55,634 bases of DNA from Planctomycetota bacterium (GTDB lineage Bacteria > Planctomycetota > UBA1135 > GCA-002686595). The translations under genes and the position numbers were made by a program. The stretch spans positions 1-55,634 of the forward strand of contig JBBQCC010000001.1 of the NCBI GenBank assembly GCA_038318285.1. The letters are read 5' to 3'. The notes under the pieces are model-generated. The model was not told the DNA's origin. It did no database searches and saw only the letters and a list, made by a program, of their open reading frames with translations. Positions 19,670 to 28,290 of this stretch are shown one piece after another; within the stretch, counting starts at the first letter, position 1; each line of letters starts with the position of its first letter.

Positions 19670-19740
19670 ATGAGGGGCGGGGCCACAAGGACGAGCGAGT
19701 GCGCATGGAGGAGCGGGGCCGCAAAGACGAGCGAGTGCTC
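19670..19740. repeat. 2 x ~36-bp imperfect tandem direct repeat in a divergent intergenic region
   Basis: The two units are ATGAGGGGCGGGGCCACAAGGACGAGCGAGTGCGC (19670-19704) and ATGGAGGAGCGGGGCCGCAAAGACGAGCGAGTGCTC (19705-19740). Confidence 0.8.
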
Positions 19741-19784
19741 GCCGGACTTGCGCGCGCGGGCGCAACCCGGTCTCTTCGTGCGCG

Positions 19785-20675
19785 ATGGCTCTCGCTCCCG
19801 CATCGATGGAACCGCCCGAGTGGCGCCCGCGCCGCGTGCAGGCAGGATCGTGGACGATCACCGCGCTGTCGGACGGATGGCTGCGACTCGACGGCGGATC
19901 GATGTGGGGCGTCGTACCGGCGGCGATGTGGCGCGCGTGGACGCCGCCGGCGGAGGACAACACGATCCTGCTCGCGTTGCGGCCGTTCTTGGCGCAGCGC
20001 GGCGAGGTAAACGTGCTGGTCGAACCGGGCGTGGGCGATCGCTGGTCGCCGAAGTTGGCGCGCATCTACGGGCTCGTGCGCACACCGACGTTGCGCGAAT
20101 CCTTGCGTGCGGTCGGCGTCGAACCCGATGCGATCACGCACGTGATCGGCACGCACGCGCACTGGGATCACATCGGAGCGTGGGTTGAATCACGTGACGG
20201 CGGGGACGTCCCGACGTTTCCGCGCGCACGGCACTACTTGCCCGCGATCGAGCTGGAGGTCGCGCGCGCGGCGGACGCAGTGCGCGCAGCGAGCTATCGC
20301 GCCGAGGACGTCGAGCCGATCCGTCGTGCGGGGATCCTGACGACGCTGACCGGCTCGACCGAGATCCTGCCCGGCCTGCGCGTGCACGTGCTCGGCGGCC
20401 ATTCGGACGGCGTGTCGGTCGTCACGTTCGACGAGGATCTCGACGACGGCGCGATCTTCTGGAGCGACGTCGTGCCGACCGCGCACCACGTGCAGCCGCC
20501 GTACATCATGGCCTACGATCTCGACGTCGCGCGCAGCTTCGCGGTCCGTTCGGAATGGCTCGCGCGCGCGGCGGAACGCGGCTGGACCGGCTGCTTCTAC
20601 CACGACGTTGACCACGCGTTCGGTCGCGTGCGGCGCGAAGGGAAGCGCTACGCGGTCGAGGTCGTCGGCGAGTGA
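19785..20675 (+). CDS. MBL-fold metallo-hydrolase (lactonase-like)
   Basis: 296-aa ORF with the HxHxDH motif THAHWDH and downstream His/Asp ligand positions (LGGHSDG). Confidence 0.85.
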   Translation: MALAPASMEPPEWRPRRVQAGSWTITALSDGWLRLDGGSMWGVVPAAMWRAWTPPAEDNTILLALRPFLAQRGEVNVLVEPGVGDRWSPKLARIYGLVRTPTLRESLRAVGVEPDAITHVIGTHAHWDHIGAWVESRDGGDVPTFPRARHYLPAIELEVARAADAVRAASYRAEDVEPIRRAGILTTLTGSTEILPGLRVHVLGGHSDGVSVVTFDEDLDDGAIFWSDVVPTAHHVQPPYIMAYDLDVARSFAVRSEWLARAAERGWTGCFYHDVDHAFGRVRREGKRYAVEVVGE

Positions 20676-20719
20676 TTCGGGTCAGCGGCCCAGCGCCGCG
20701 GCGCAGTTCGCACGAATGT

Positions 20720-20832
20720 GGTCATCCGGTGCCTGGCTAACTTCGCCGGTCATCCGGTGCCTGGCTAACTTCGCCAGCATTCGTTTCGGGGAGAAAGGGC
20801 GAATGTTGGCGAAGTTAGCCAGGCACCGGATG
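20720..20832. repeat. Palindromic intergenic repeat element, copy B (28-bp perfect tandem duplication + 26-bp perfect inverted repeat)
   Basis: GGTCATCCGGTGCCTGGCTAACTTCGCC occurs at 20720-20747 and again at 20748-20775. The left arm 20751-20776 is the exact reverse complement of 20807-20832. The 30-nt loop is itself partly palindromic (CATTCG...CGAATG). Confidence 0.9.
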
Positions 20833-20863
20833 TAGGCATCGGATGTTCGCAGTCGACGTAGCA

Positions 20864-20939
20864 GTGCCAGGAACGATCGCGTCGCTTTCGCGTGCATCGG
20901 CGCTGGCCGGACGTGGATGGTCGTGGTCGTTCCTGGCAC
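20864..20939. repeat. 13-bp inverted repeat next to the kinase gene 3' end
   Basis: GTGCCAGGAACGA (20864-20876) and TCGTTCCTGGCAC (20927-20939) are perfect reverse complements. They share the GTGCCAGG core with the repeat family. Confidence 0.6.
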
Positions 20940-20949
20940 CGGACTCGTG

Positions 20950-23900
20950 TCACTGACCGAGCTTCGCGCGGCACTCGTCGAGCTTCTTGCGGTAGTCCGA
21001 GAGTCGCGTGCTCTGCGCGTCGAGCACGCGCTCGCCCATCGACACGGCTTCCTCGAGCAGCGGCAGTGCAGCCGGAGCTTCTCCGTTCGTGAGCAGCGAC
21101 GACCCTGCGGCGTAGAGCGAGCCGGCAGTGTCCCTCGATCCACCCGGCGTACGTCGGCGATCCATCGCGACCGCCTCATCGAACTCGCGGCGCGCTTCAT
21201 CCTTGCGTCCGAGCGCGTCGAGCGAGCGCGCGTGGTTCACCAAAGCGCGGGCGACGTCGTAGTGATCGCCCTTCCAGCAGCGGCGCGCCATCGCGAGCGC
21301 TTCAGCCAACCGCGCCTCGGCTGGCTCCAGCTGCTGCGCCTTCTGGTGAATCAACCCGAGCGAAGCGATCGCCGCAGCGACAGACGGATGATCGCCCGGG
21401 ATGCCGCGCTGCATCATCGCCAGCGCTTCGGTCGAGGCGAGGATCGCCTCGTCGACGCGGCCGAGGTCCGCGAGCACGCGGGCGTGCCGGTTCTGCGCGC
21501 GTGCGATGTCGGGGTGATCCGTGCCGTAGAAGCGCGTCAGGACCTCGACGCCCTCGGCTAGCAGCGGCTCGGCGCCCGCGGTTCGATCGAGACCCTCGCG
21601 GATCGCCGCCGCGAGGTCGAGCGCGCGCGCCGTGTTCGGGTTCCCGCGCGGCACGAGACGGCGCCGCATCGCGACCAGCTCGTCGACCACGGGCTCAGCG
21701 TCGGTGTACTTCCCGGCGTCCTTCAGGGTGTTGACCAGGCCTTCGAGCCCCAGCGCGACCTCGGGATGATCGCCGGGGAACAGGCGCTGGCGCATCGCGA
21801 GCGAGGCGCGGGCCATTTCCTCCGACTCCGCGGGGTGGCCCATGATGCGGCGCACGTTCGCCACACCGCTCATCGCGCGCGCGACGTCGGGGTGATCACC
21901 CGCGAAGAGCGTGCGGTACATCGCCAGCGCGCGGTCCATCTGCGCTTCGGCGTCGGCGAGCCGTCCCGAACCGATGTACGTCTGCGCGATGTTGTAGAGC
22001 GCCATCGCGACCTCGGGATGCGCGTCGTACAGGCGGTCGTACATGGCCAGGGATCGCTCGAACAGCGGGAGCGCTTCGGTGCGGCGTCCGAGGTCGTCCA
22101 CGACGCTCGCGAGGTTGTTCAGGTTCATCGCGAGCTCCGGGCTGTCCCCCGGCTGCAGGCGCTCGCGCATCGCAACGCTGCGCACGAGGAGCGGTTCGGC
22201 GGACTCCGGATGCCCGCGGTGGACGCGAACCATCGCCAGATTGTTCAGGGCGGTCGCGACCTCCTCGTCGTCGCCCGGATGCAGCTCCTCGAGGAGCGCG
22301 AGCCCGCGCTCGAACAGGGGCTCGGCGAGATCGGCGTGCCCGAGGTTCTGCTGGATCGTCGCGACGAGGTTCGTCGAACGCGCGACGTTGCGCACTTGAT
22401 CGCCGGGCCGGCTCGCGTAGATCGCGAGCGCTTTCTCGGCCAGCGGCAGCGCATCGGTGAGGCGAGCATTGCGATAGAGCACGTCCGCGATCACCCCGCG
22501 GAGTGACGCTTCGATGTCGGGCTCGTCGCGGAACGCGCCCTCGTCGAGCTGTTTCACCGCCTGTTCCATGGCCTCTGCGACGGAGATGCCCTCTTTGCCG
22601 CCGTAGTTCGGATCGGCCGAGCGCAGCGCGTCGGTCACGAACGTCGCGGTCGCCTCGGCGCGATCGCGCGCTCTGCGCTCGGCCTCGGCGTTCGCTTCGG
22701 CCAGCGCCTGCTGACGACCCGCTTCGGCGCGCTGCTCGTCGGCGATGCGCCGCTGTTCGGCCTCGGCGCGCTGCGCCACCACGGCCGAATCGCGCTCGTG
22801 TCGTGCGACATTCGCCTGCCAAGCGAACGCGACGACGCCGACCAGCAGGGCCGCGGCCACGGCCGATCCGGCCAGGACGACCGTGCGGTTGCGTCGCGAG
22901 AACTTCCGGAGGCGATACAGCGCGCTGGGGGGCGCCGCGACGACCGCGTCACCGCTCAGGTAGCGCCGCAGGTCCTGCGCCAGACCGTGCGCCGATTCGT
23001 AGCGGCGCGCGCGGTCCTTCTCGAGCGCCTTCATCGCGATCCAGTCGAGTTCGCCGCGCACGAGCCCGCCGAGCCGCTTCGGTTCGATGCGCCGGCTCGC
23101 CGCGATGCCCGCCAGCGTGTCGACCGATTGGTCCAGGCGCGTCGAGGGCTTCGGCGGGTCGACTTCGCGGATCACGCGCTGGATCTCACTGAGAAACGCC
23201 TCGTTCAGCGTGTGCGCGTCGAACGGCGTCGTGCCCGTGAGCAGCTCGTACAGCACGACGCCCAGCGCGTACACATCCGTGCGTGTGTCGATGTCGAGCG
23301 AGCCACTGGCTTGCTCGGGGCTCATGTACTGGAGCGTGCCGATGATCTGCTGGTGTTCGGTGAACAGCGTCTTGTCGGTCAGCTTGTGCTGCGTCGCCTT
23401 GGCGATGCCGAAGTCGATGACCTTGGCCTGCGGGTGCCCGTCGACCGTCGCGACGAGGATGTTCGAGGGCTTCAGGTCGCGGTGGATGATGCCCTTCGAA
23501 TGCGCGTGCTGGACCGCGTCGCAGACCTGCTCGAACAGCTCGATCCGCGCGTCGATCGTCAGGTGCTCCTCGTCGCAGTACGTCGTGATCGCGCGCCCCG
23601 CGACGTACTCCATCACGAAGTACGGGCGCCCCGTCTCCGTCGCGCCAGCGTCGATGACCCGCGCGATGTTCGGGTGGTCCATCAGCGCCAACGCCTGGCG
23701 CTCGACCTCGAAGCGCGCGACGACCTGCCGCGTGTCCATGCCCAGCTTGATGATCTTGAGCGCGACGGTGCGTGCGACGGGTTGTTGCTGCTCCGCCAGG
23801 AACACGACGCCGAAGCCGCCCTCGCCGATCTGGCGCACCAGCCGGTACGGACCGATCTGGGTGCCCGCCGTCTCCACGGTCAGGCCCTGCATGCCGAAGA

Positions 23901-24102
23901 TCCGCGTCTGCCCAAGACTCGGGGCGGTGGGCGTGACGAGGAAGCGCACGTCGTCGCCGGCGGCGAGCAGCGCGTCGATGCGCGCTCGCAGGCTCGAATC
24001 CGTACCGCACTCGCGGGCGAGGAAGTCCGACCGTTTCTCGGGGGGGATTTCGGAGGCGCGGTCGAACAGTTCGCGCACGCGCTCGTGGCTGGGCTGGGTC
24101 AT
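20950..24102 (-). CDS. Ser/Thr protein kinase with TM helix and extracytoplasmic TPR repeats
   Basis: 1050-aa ORF. It has the Gly-rich loop GEGGFGVVFLAEQ with VALKIIK, the catalytic loop HRDLKPSNIL, DFGIAK, and the TM segment VVLAGSAVAAALLVGVVAFAW. A coiled-coil and many TPR-like repeats follow (ALNNLA..., AMNLNNLA...). Confidence 0.92.
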   Translation of the reverse strand: MTQPSHERVRELFDRASEIPPEKRSDFLARECGTDSSLRARIDALLAAGDDVRFLVTPTAPSLGQTRIFGMQGLTVETAGTQIGPYRLVRQIGEGGFGVVFLAEQQQPVARTVALKIIKLGMDTRQVVARFEVERQALALMDHPNIARVIDAGATETGRPYFVMEYVAGRAITTYCDEEHLTIDARIELFEQVCDAVQHAHSKGIIHRDLKPSNILVATVDGHPQAKVIDFGIAKATQHKLTDKTLFTEHQQIIGTLQYMSPEQASGSLDIDTRTDVYALGVVLYELLTGTTPFDAHTLNEAFLSEIQRVIREVDPPKPSTRLDQSVDTLAGIAASRRIEPKRLGGLVRGELDWIAMKALEKDRARRYESAHGLAQDLRRYLSGDAVVAAPPSALYRLRKFSRRNRTVVLAGSAVAAALLVGVVAFAWQANVARHERDSAVVAQRAEAEQRRIADEQRAEAGRQQALAEANAEAERRARDRAEATATFVTDALRSADPNYGGKEGISVAEAMEQAVKQLDEGAFRDEPDIEASLRGVIADVLYRNARLTDALPLAEKALAIYASRPGDQVRNVARSTNLVATIQQNLGHADLAEPLFERGLALLEELHPGDDEEVATALNNLAMVRVHRGHPESAEPLLVRSVAMRERLQPGDSPELAMNLNNLASVVDDLGRRTEALPLFERSLAMYDRLYDAHPEVAMALYNIAQTYIGSGRLADAEAQMDRALAMYRTLFAGDHPDVARAMSGVANVRRIMGHPAESEEMARASLAMRQRLFPGDHPEVALGLEGLVNTLKDAGKYTDAEPVVDELVAMRRRLVPRGNPNTARALDLAAAIREGLDRTAGAEPLLAEGVEVLTRFYGTDHPDIARAQNRHARVLADLGRVDEAILASTEALAMMQRGIPGDHPSVAAAIASLGLIHQKAQQLEPAEARLAEALAMARRCWKGDHYDVARALVNHARSLDALGRKDEARREFDEAVAMDRRRTPGGSRDTAGSLYAAGSSLLTNGEAPAALPLLEEAVSMGERVLDAQSTRLSDYRKKLDECRAKLGQ

Positions 24103-24118
24103 CGTTGGGGGTGAGGCG

Positions 24119-24706
24119 CTACCCGTTCTCGCTCTCGATCGCGTCCCGCAGCCAAGCTCGCGCGAACGCCCAATCGCGTTTCACGGTCGCTGGGGACGCT
24201 TCGAGAGCCAGCGCGGTCTCCTCGATGCTGAGGCCCGCGAAGTAGCGCAGTCGCACGACGGCCGCCGCTTTCGGGTCCACGCCCTCCAAGCGCACGATCA
24301 TCTCGTCGAGGACCAGGAATCCGGCCGATTCCTCGGCCGAGGACGGATCTGGCAGCTGAGTCAGCTCGATCGCCGCCCGCCGCGCCGTCCCGCCGCCGCG
24401 CTGGTCGGCGGCCTTCGCGCGCGCGTGATCGATCAGGATGCGGCGCATCGCCTGTGCTGCGGCTGCGAAAAAGTGCGCGCGGTTCTGCCAAGGGATGTCG
24501 CGCGGACCGACGAGCCGCAAGTAGGCCTCGTGCACGAGCGCGGTCGCGTCCAGCGTGTGACCGACACGCTCTCCACGCAGTGCCGCCTGCGCCGCCGCGC
24601 GCAGGTCGGCGTACACCTCCGGCAGCAGCGCCGCGATGCGTTCGTCCGGACCCTGGCTGCCGTCCAGCAGCACATCGAGGGTTGCGCGCGACGGTTCGGG
24701 GTGCAT
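24119..24706 (-). CDS. ECF-type RNA polymerase sigma factor (STK-associated type)
   Basis: 195-aa ORF located 16 nt upstream of the kinase. It has the region-2-like LVHEAYLRL and the region-4 HTH LSIEETALALEASPATVKRDWAFARAWL, as in the Planctomycete-type ECF family. No anti-sigma gene is adjacent. Confidence 0.88.
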   Translation of the reverse strand: MHPEPSRATLDVLLDGSQGPDERIAALLPEVYADLRAAAQAALRGERVGHTLDATALVHEAYLRLVGPRDIPWQNRAHFFAAAAQAMRRILIDHARAKAADQRGGGTARRAAIELTQLPDPSSAEESAGFLVLDEMIVRLEGVDPKAAAVVRLRYFAGLSIEETALALEASPATVKRDWAFARAWLRDAIESENG

Positions 24707-24887
24707 CGCGAGATTATGCCTCGCCGCCCACGACCGCGATGGGAATGCGTGCCCCGGTGACCCTGGAATCTTCAGGTTCGTGAGCCGTGGGCGCCGGCGG
24801 GCGCGCTTCTCGGTTCAGCGTGCAGTCGCGACAGCCGGCGGGGTTCGCCGGACCGCGCTACGCCGGAACCCATCTCCCCGAACGACC

Positions 24888-25370
24888 ATGATCCGATCGA
24901 CCCGCTTTGCTCTCCCGTTCGTCTTGACGACCCTCGCGGCCTGCAGCGCGAACCCAGCCTCCATGTCCACCTTGACGGAGGGCGACGTGCGATCCATCCG
25001 TGCCGTCGACGAGGCCTGGGTCCAGCTCGCCATGGCCGGCAACTTCTCCGCGCTCGTCGAGCGTTGCTATACGCCCGATGCGATCCTGCTGCCGCCGAAC
25101 GAGCCGGCTGCGCGCGGGCGTACCGCGATCGAAGCCTCGCTGCGCGCTTGGCCGATGATGACGGACGCGGCGATCGACGCCGCCGAGATCGTCGGGCGCG
25201 GCGACCTCGCCTACTCGACGGGCACATGGCAGGGGACGATGCACATAGAAGGCGTCGCACCGATCCAGGACAAGGGCAAGTTCGTGGTGATCTGGCGCAA
25301 GGACGCGGAGGGGGCGTGGCGCATGACGCGCGACTGCTTCAGCTCGGACCTGCCGGCGCCGACGAAGTGA
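24888..25370 (+). CDS. SnoaL/DUF4440-like (NTF2-fold) lipoprotein
   Basis: The internal ATG at 24888 (MIRSTRFALPFVLTTLAACS) gives 160 aa. It has a lipobox (LAAC) and an NTF2-like pattern (WRKDAEGAWRMTRD). Confidence 0.75.
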   Translation: MIRSTRFALPFVLTTLAACSANPASMSTLTEGDVRSIRAVDEAWVQLAMAGNFSALVERCYTPDAILLPPNEPAARGRTAIEASLRAWPMMTDAAIDAAEIVGRGDLAYSTGTWQGTMHIEGVAPIQDKGKFVVIWRKDAEGAWRMTRDCFSSDLPAPTK

Positions 25371-25409
25371 GGTCGCCAGCAGTGCGCCCCGTCTGGCACA
25401 CTAGGCGCG

Positions 25410-25826
25410 ATGGAAGTCCGGCAGATCTTCGCGCACGAAATCGAGAGCGCATTCCCCGTCGTCGTCGAGTTGCGGACGCACCTCGACCTCGAGGAGTTCG
25501 TGAGCTCCGTGCAGCACCAATCCCAGCTCGGCTACGAACTGTGGGGCGCGTTCGAGGGTCGCACGATTCTCGGCGCCATCGGATTTCGCCCAGTACACAG
25601 CCTGTCACGCGGCGCGCACCTGTTCGTAGACGACCTCGTCGTCACCGAGAAGCAACGCACGCACGGGATCGGACGTGCGCTGATGGACTGCGCCGAGCGC
25701 GAAGCACGCCGCCACGGACTCGGCGCCGTGTACCTCGACAGCCGCGCGACGGCGCTCGCGTTTTACGCGAAGCTCGGCTACCAGCCGCACGCCGCGACGC
25801 TGGTGTGGAAGTCGCTGGCACGTTGA
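25410..25826 (+). CDS. GNAT-family N-acetyltransferase
   Basis: 138-aa ORF with the acetyl-CoA binding motif QRTHGIGRALM and the C-terminal FYAKLGY. Confidence 0.85.
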   Translation: MEVRQIFAHEIESAFPVVVELRTHLDLEEFVSSVQHQSQLGYELWGAFEGRTILGAIGFRPVHSLSRGAHLFVDDLVVTEKQRTHGIGRALMDCAEREARRHGLGAVYLDSRATALAFYAKLGYQPHAATLVWKSLAR

Positions 25827-25979
25827 CGGACTGACGGGCGGAAACCCCGGCCGAAGTTGCCCGACTCCGTACGGGGTTTTCGCACGCGCGCTGCCGCCCG
25901 CCCTAGCTCAAGCGTTTCCGCATTCCAGTCGATCCAGCGAGCACGTGCCGCGCTACCCGCGGCCGAAGGAGGCTTCGCG

Positions 25980-28055
25980 GTGCGCAACGTCTTGATCCTG
26001 GGTTCCGGTCGTTCGGGCACGAGCATGCTCGGCGGCACGTTTTCGCACGCCGGCTGGTTCGTCGGCGACGCGCCCTACGCCGGCCGCGAGGCGAACCCGA
26101 AGGGCTTCTACGAGTCCGCGGAGATCAACGGGATCAACGAGGACCTGCTCGCGGCGGTGACGCCCGCGAGCGAAGCGCTCGGCGCCTGGCAGCGTTGGCT
26201 CGCGCGACTGCCCGTCGAGGCGCAAGTGGCGCGCACGACACGTTCCGACGATCGCATCCGGCGCGCGGTCGCGCGCGCGCCGTTCGCCTACAAGGACCCG
26301 CGCTTCAGTTGGACGCTGCCCGCCTGGACACCGTTCGTCGGCGACGCGCTGCGCGTGTGTGTGTTCCGCCATCCGGCCGCGACGGCCGCATCGATCGTCA
26401 AGGAGTGCGGCGACGCCGAGTACCTGCGCAGCGTCGCGATGCACCGCGACCGCGCGCTCGCGATCTGGGCCGCGCAGTACGGGAACATCCTGCGCGAACT
26501 TTCGCGAACCGGCGAGTGGATGTTCCTTCACTTCGAACAGGTGCTCACCAGCGCGGGCCTCGACCGCATCGAGCGCGCGGTCGGCGCACCCGTGTCGCGC
26601 GAGTTCCCCGACGCCGCGCTGCGACGCTCGCTCGCGGGTGACGAACTCCAGGGCGACTTGGCCGACTTGTATGCCGAGCTCTGCGAGCGCGCGCAGTTTC
26701 GGATCGCGGATGCGACGCCGTGCACCTCGTCGCGAATCGCGGCGCCGGAGACTACGCCTGCGATCTCGATCCTCGTGGACGGTCGCCACTGCACGAGTCC
26801 TGCCTGGGACGAGTGGGAGATGCAGACCGCGGCCGCGGACACGTTCGAGGTCCTGTGGGCCGTCGAGCCCGGCGCGAACTTCTCCGAACGCGCCGGGCGG
26901 CGCACAGTCGAAGTGCGTGGCGGGCGGCCGCTCGCCGATGCGTTCGCGACGCTGGCACGCGAAGCTGCGGCGCCACGCGTCATCCTGCTCGACGGATCGC
27001 TCGTGCCGGACGCCGAGTTCGTGCAGCGGCACCTCGAGCATGCGCGCTCGGAATCGGGTGTCTTCGGCTCCGTCGCGCACGACGAGGCGAGCGCCTTGGG
27101 CCTGACGCTGACCGAGCTCGAGCGGCGCGAGCCGATACCGCGTTCGACGCTGGAACACGCCGCGTTTCCGCGCGATTGGGTCGAGTCTGGCTTCCTCGCC
27201 GACATCGACGAGTCGTGGCCCACCGCCGGTCACGCGCTCACGTGCATGGAGGACGCGCACCTCGTCGCGCGTCGCCGCGATCCCATCGAAGTGCGGGATT
27301 GGCTCGAGGAGGAGCGCCGCCGCGCCGCCGACGCCGTGTGCGCCGGTGTGTCTGGGATCGTGGAATTCGACGCTCCGCTCCTGCGGTTCGCGCAGGGCCT
27401 GACACGCGCGACGGCCGATGCGTTCGTCGTCGAGCGTCTGCCGATGCTCGCCGACATGGAGCGCGACCTCGCGCAGCTCGGCGCGCTCGACGTGCGTGTC
27501 GTGCGCAACTCGGGTGCTCCGCAAGCGCTACTGGCGCGGATGGTTCGCATCGCGTCGGATCTGCGTGACGTGGCGCACCGCGAGGGATTCCTGCGCGCGC
27601 TCGACGAGCTGGGCGCGGATTCCTGCGCGGAGCTCGTGGCGCAACGGCCCTGGCCGCTCGCCACGGAAGCACCGCGCCGCGTGCTGGCTTGGCCCGATTG
27701 GAGCGCGGACGAGCTCGAATCCCTGCTGTTCACGGTGCAGCGCGAATTGGAGGACGTCGGCGAGCGCGTGTGTCTGTGCTTGCGACACGACGGCGCGCAC
27801 GACGGACCGCTCGAAGACGCGCTCGCGCGCTTGAATGCCGTCGGCGCATCGATGTGTGCGCCCGAGATCCAGCTGGAGGTCCTCGTCGTGGACGAGCCTC
27901 TCTCGCGCGCGGATCGGACGCGACTCGGTCGCGCGGTGGACCTGTGGATCGACCTGCCCTCGAGCGCCCAGAGCGAACGCACGGGTTTCCGTGCCGATCT
28001 GGGCGCTGTGGAGAGCCGTCCCGCTCTGCTGCGTGCGCGCACGAAGGCGGGCTAG
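25980..28055 (+). CDS. Multidomain protein: N-terminal sulfotransferase domain + degenerate GT2-like region + unknown C-terminal region
   Basis: The GTG at 25980 is preceded by AAGGAGG 7 nt upstream. It has the PAPS 5'-phosphosulfate-binding loop LGSGRSGTSMLG. The middle segment PAISILVDG...VILLDGSLVPD resembles a GT-A fold without a clear DxD. The product is 691 aa. Confidence 0.7.
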   Translation: MRNVLILGSGRSGTSMLGGTFSHAGWFVGDAPYAGREANPKGFYESAEINGINEDLLAAVTPASEALGAWQRWLARLPVEAQVARTTRSDDRIRRAVARAPFAYKDPRFSWTLPAWTPFVGDALRVCVFRHPAATAASIVKECGDAEYLRSVAMHRDRALAIWAAQYGNILRELSRTGEWMFLHFEQVLTSAGLDRIERAVGAPVSREFPDAALRRSLAGDELQGDLADLYAELCERAQFRIADATPCTSSRIAAPETTPAISILVDGRHCTSPAWDEWEMQTAAADTFEVLWAVEPGANFSERAGRRTVEVRGGRPLADAFATLAREAAAPRVILLDGSLVPDAEFVQRHLEHARSESGVFGSVAHDEASALGLTLTELERREPIPRSTLEHAAFPRDWVESGFLADIDESWPTAGHALTCMEDAHLVARRRDPIEVRDWLEEERRRAADAVCAGVSGIVEFDAPLLRFAQGLTRATADAFVVERLPMLADMERDLAQLGALDVRVVRNSGAPQALLARMVRIASDLRDVAHREGFLRALDELGADSCAELVAQRPWPLATEAPRRVLAWPDWSADELESLLFTVQRELEDVGERVCLCLRHDGAHDGPLEDALARLNAVGASMCAPEIQLEVLVVDEPLSRADRTRLGRAVDLWIDLPSSAQSERTGFRADLGAVESRPALLRARTKAG

Positions 28056-28057
28056 CG

Positions 28058-28083
28058 CTGGCGCGCGTGTGAACGCGCGCCAG
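28058..28083 (+). terminator. Terminator-like GC hairpin after the sulfotransferase-fusion gene
   Basis: CTGGCGCGCG (28058-28067) and CGCGCGCCAG (28074-28083) form a perfect 10-bp stem with a 6-nt loop. It starts 3 nt after the TAG stop, and a weak T-run (AGTTTTGTT) lies ~20 nt downstream. Confidence 0.5.
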
Positions 28084-28290
28084 TCCAACGCACAGCGCAG
28101 AGTTTTGTTCCTCTTGCAACGGGCACCGACAACGGTCTCCTCGAGCGACGTCACGCAATCATCGCGATCCGCTTTCCCACCGTGCGAGCGCGTGGCACGC
28201 ATCCTGCCCTGAGTCACTTCCCGCTGGGTCCGCGATCCTCGAGCCTCTCGCTCGGTGACGGACGTGCGCCCCCTTCACGGAAGCACTCTC

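Noticed and set aside
24765-24789. ECF-type promoter-like pattern GGAAT-N16-CGTG upstream of the SnoaL-like lipoprotein gene, next to the ECF sigma gene.
   Set aside because: It is a single loose match to a short degenerate consensus in G+C-rich DNA, and there is no second copy in front of the sigma gene to support autoregulation. This is not enough to call a promoter.
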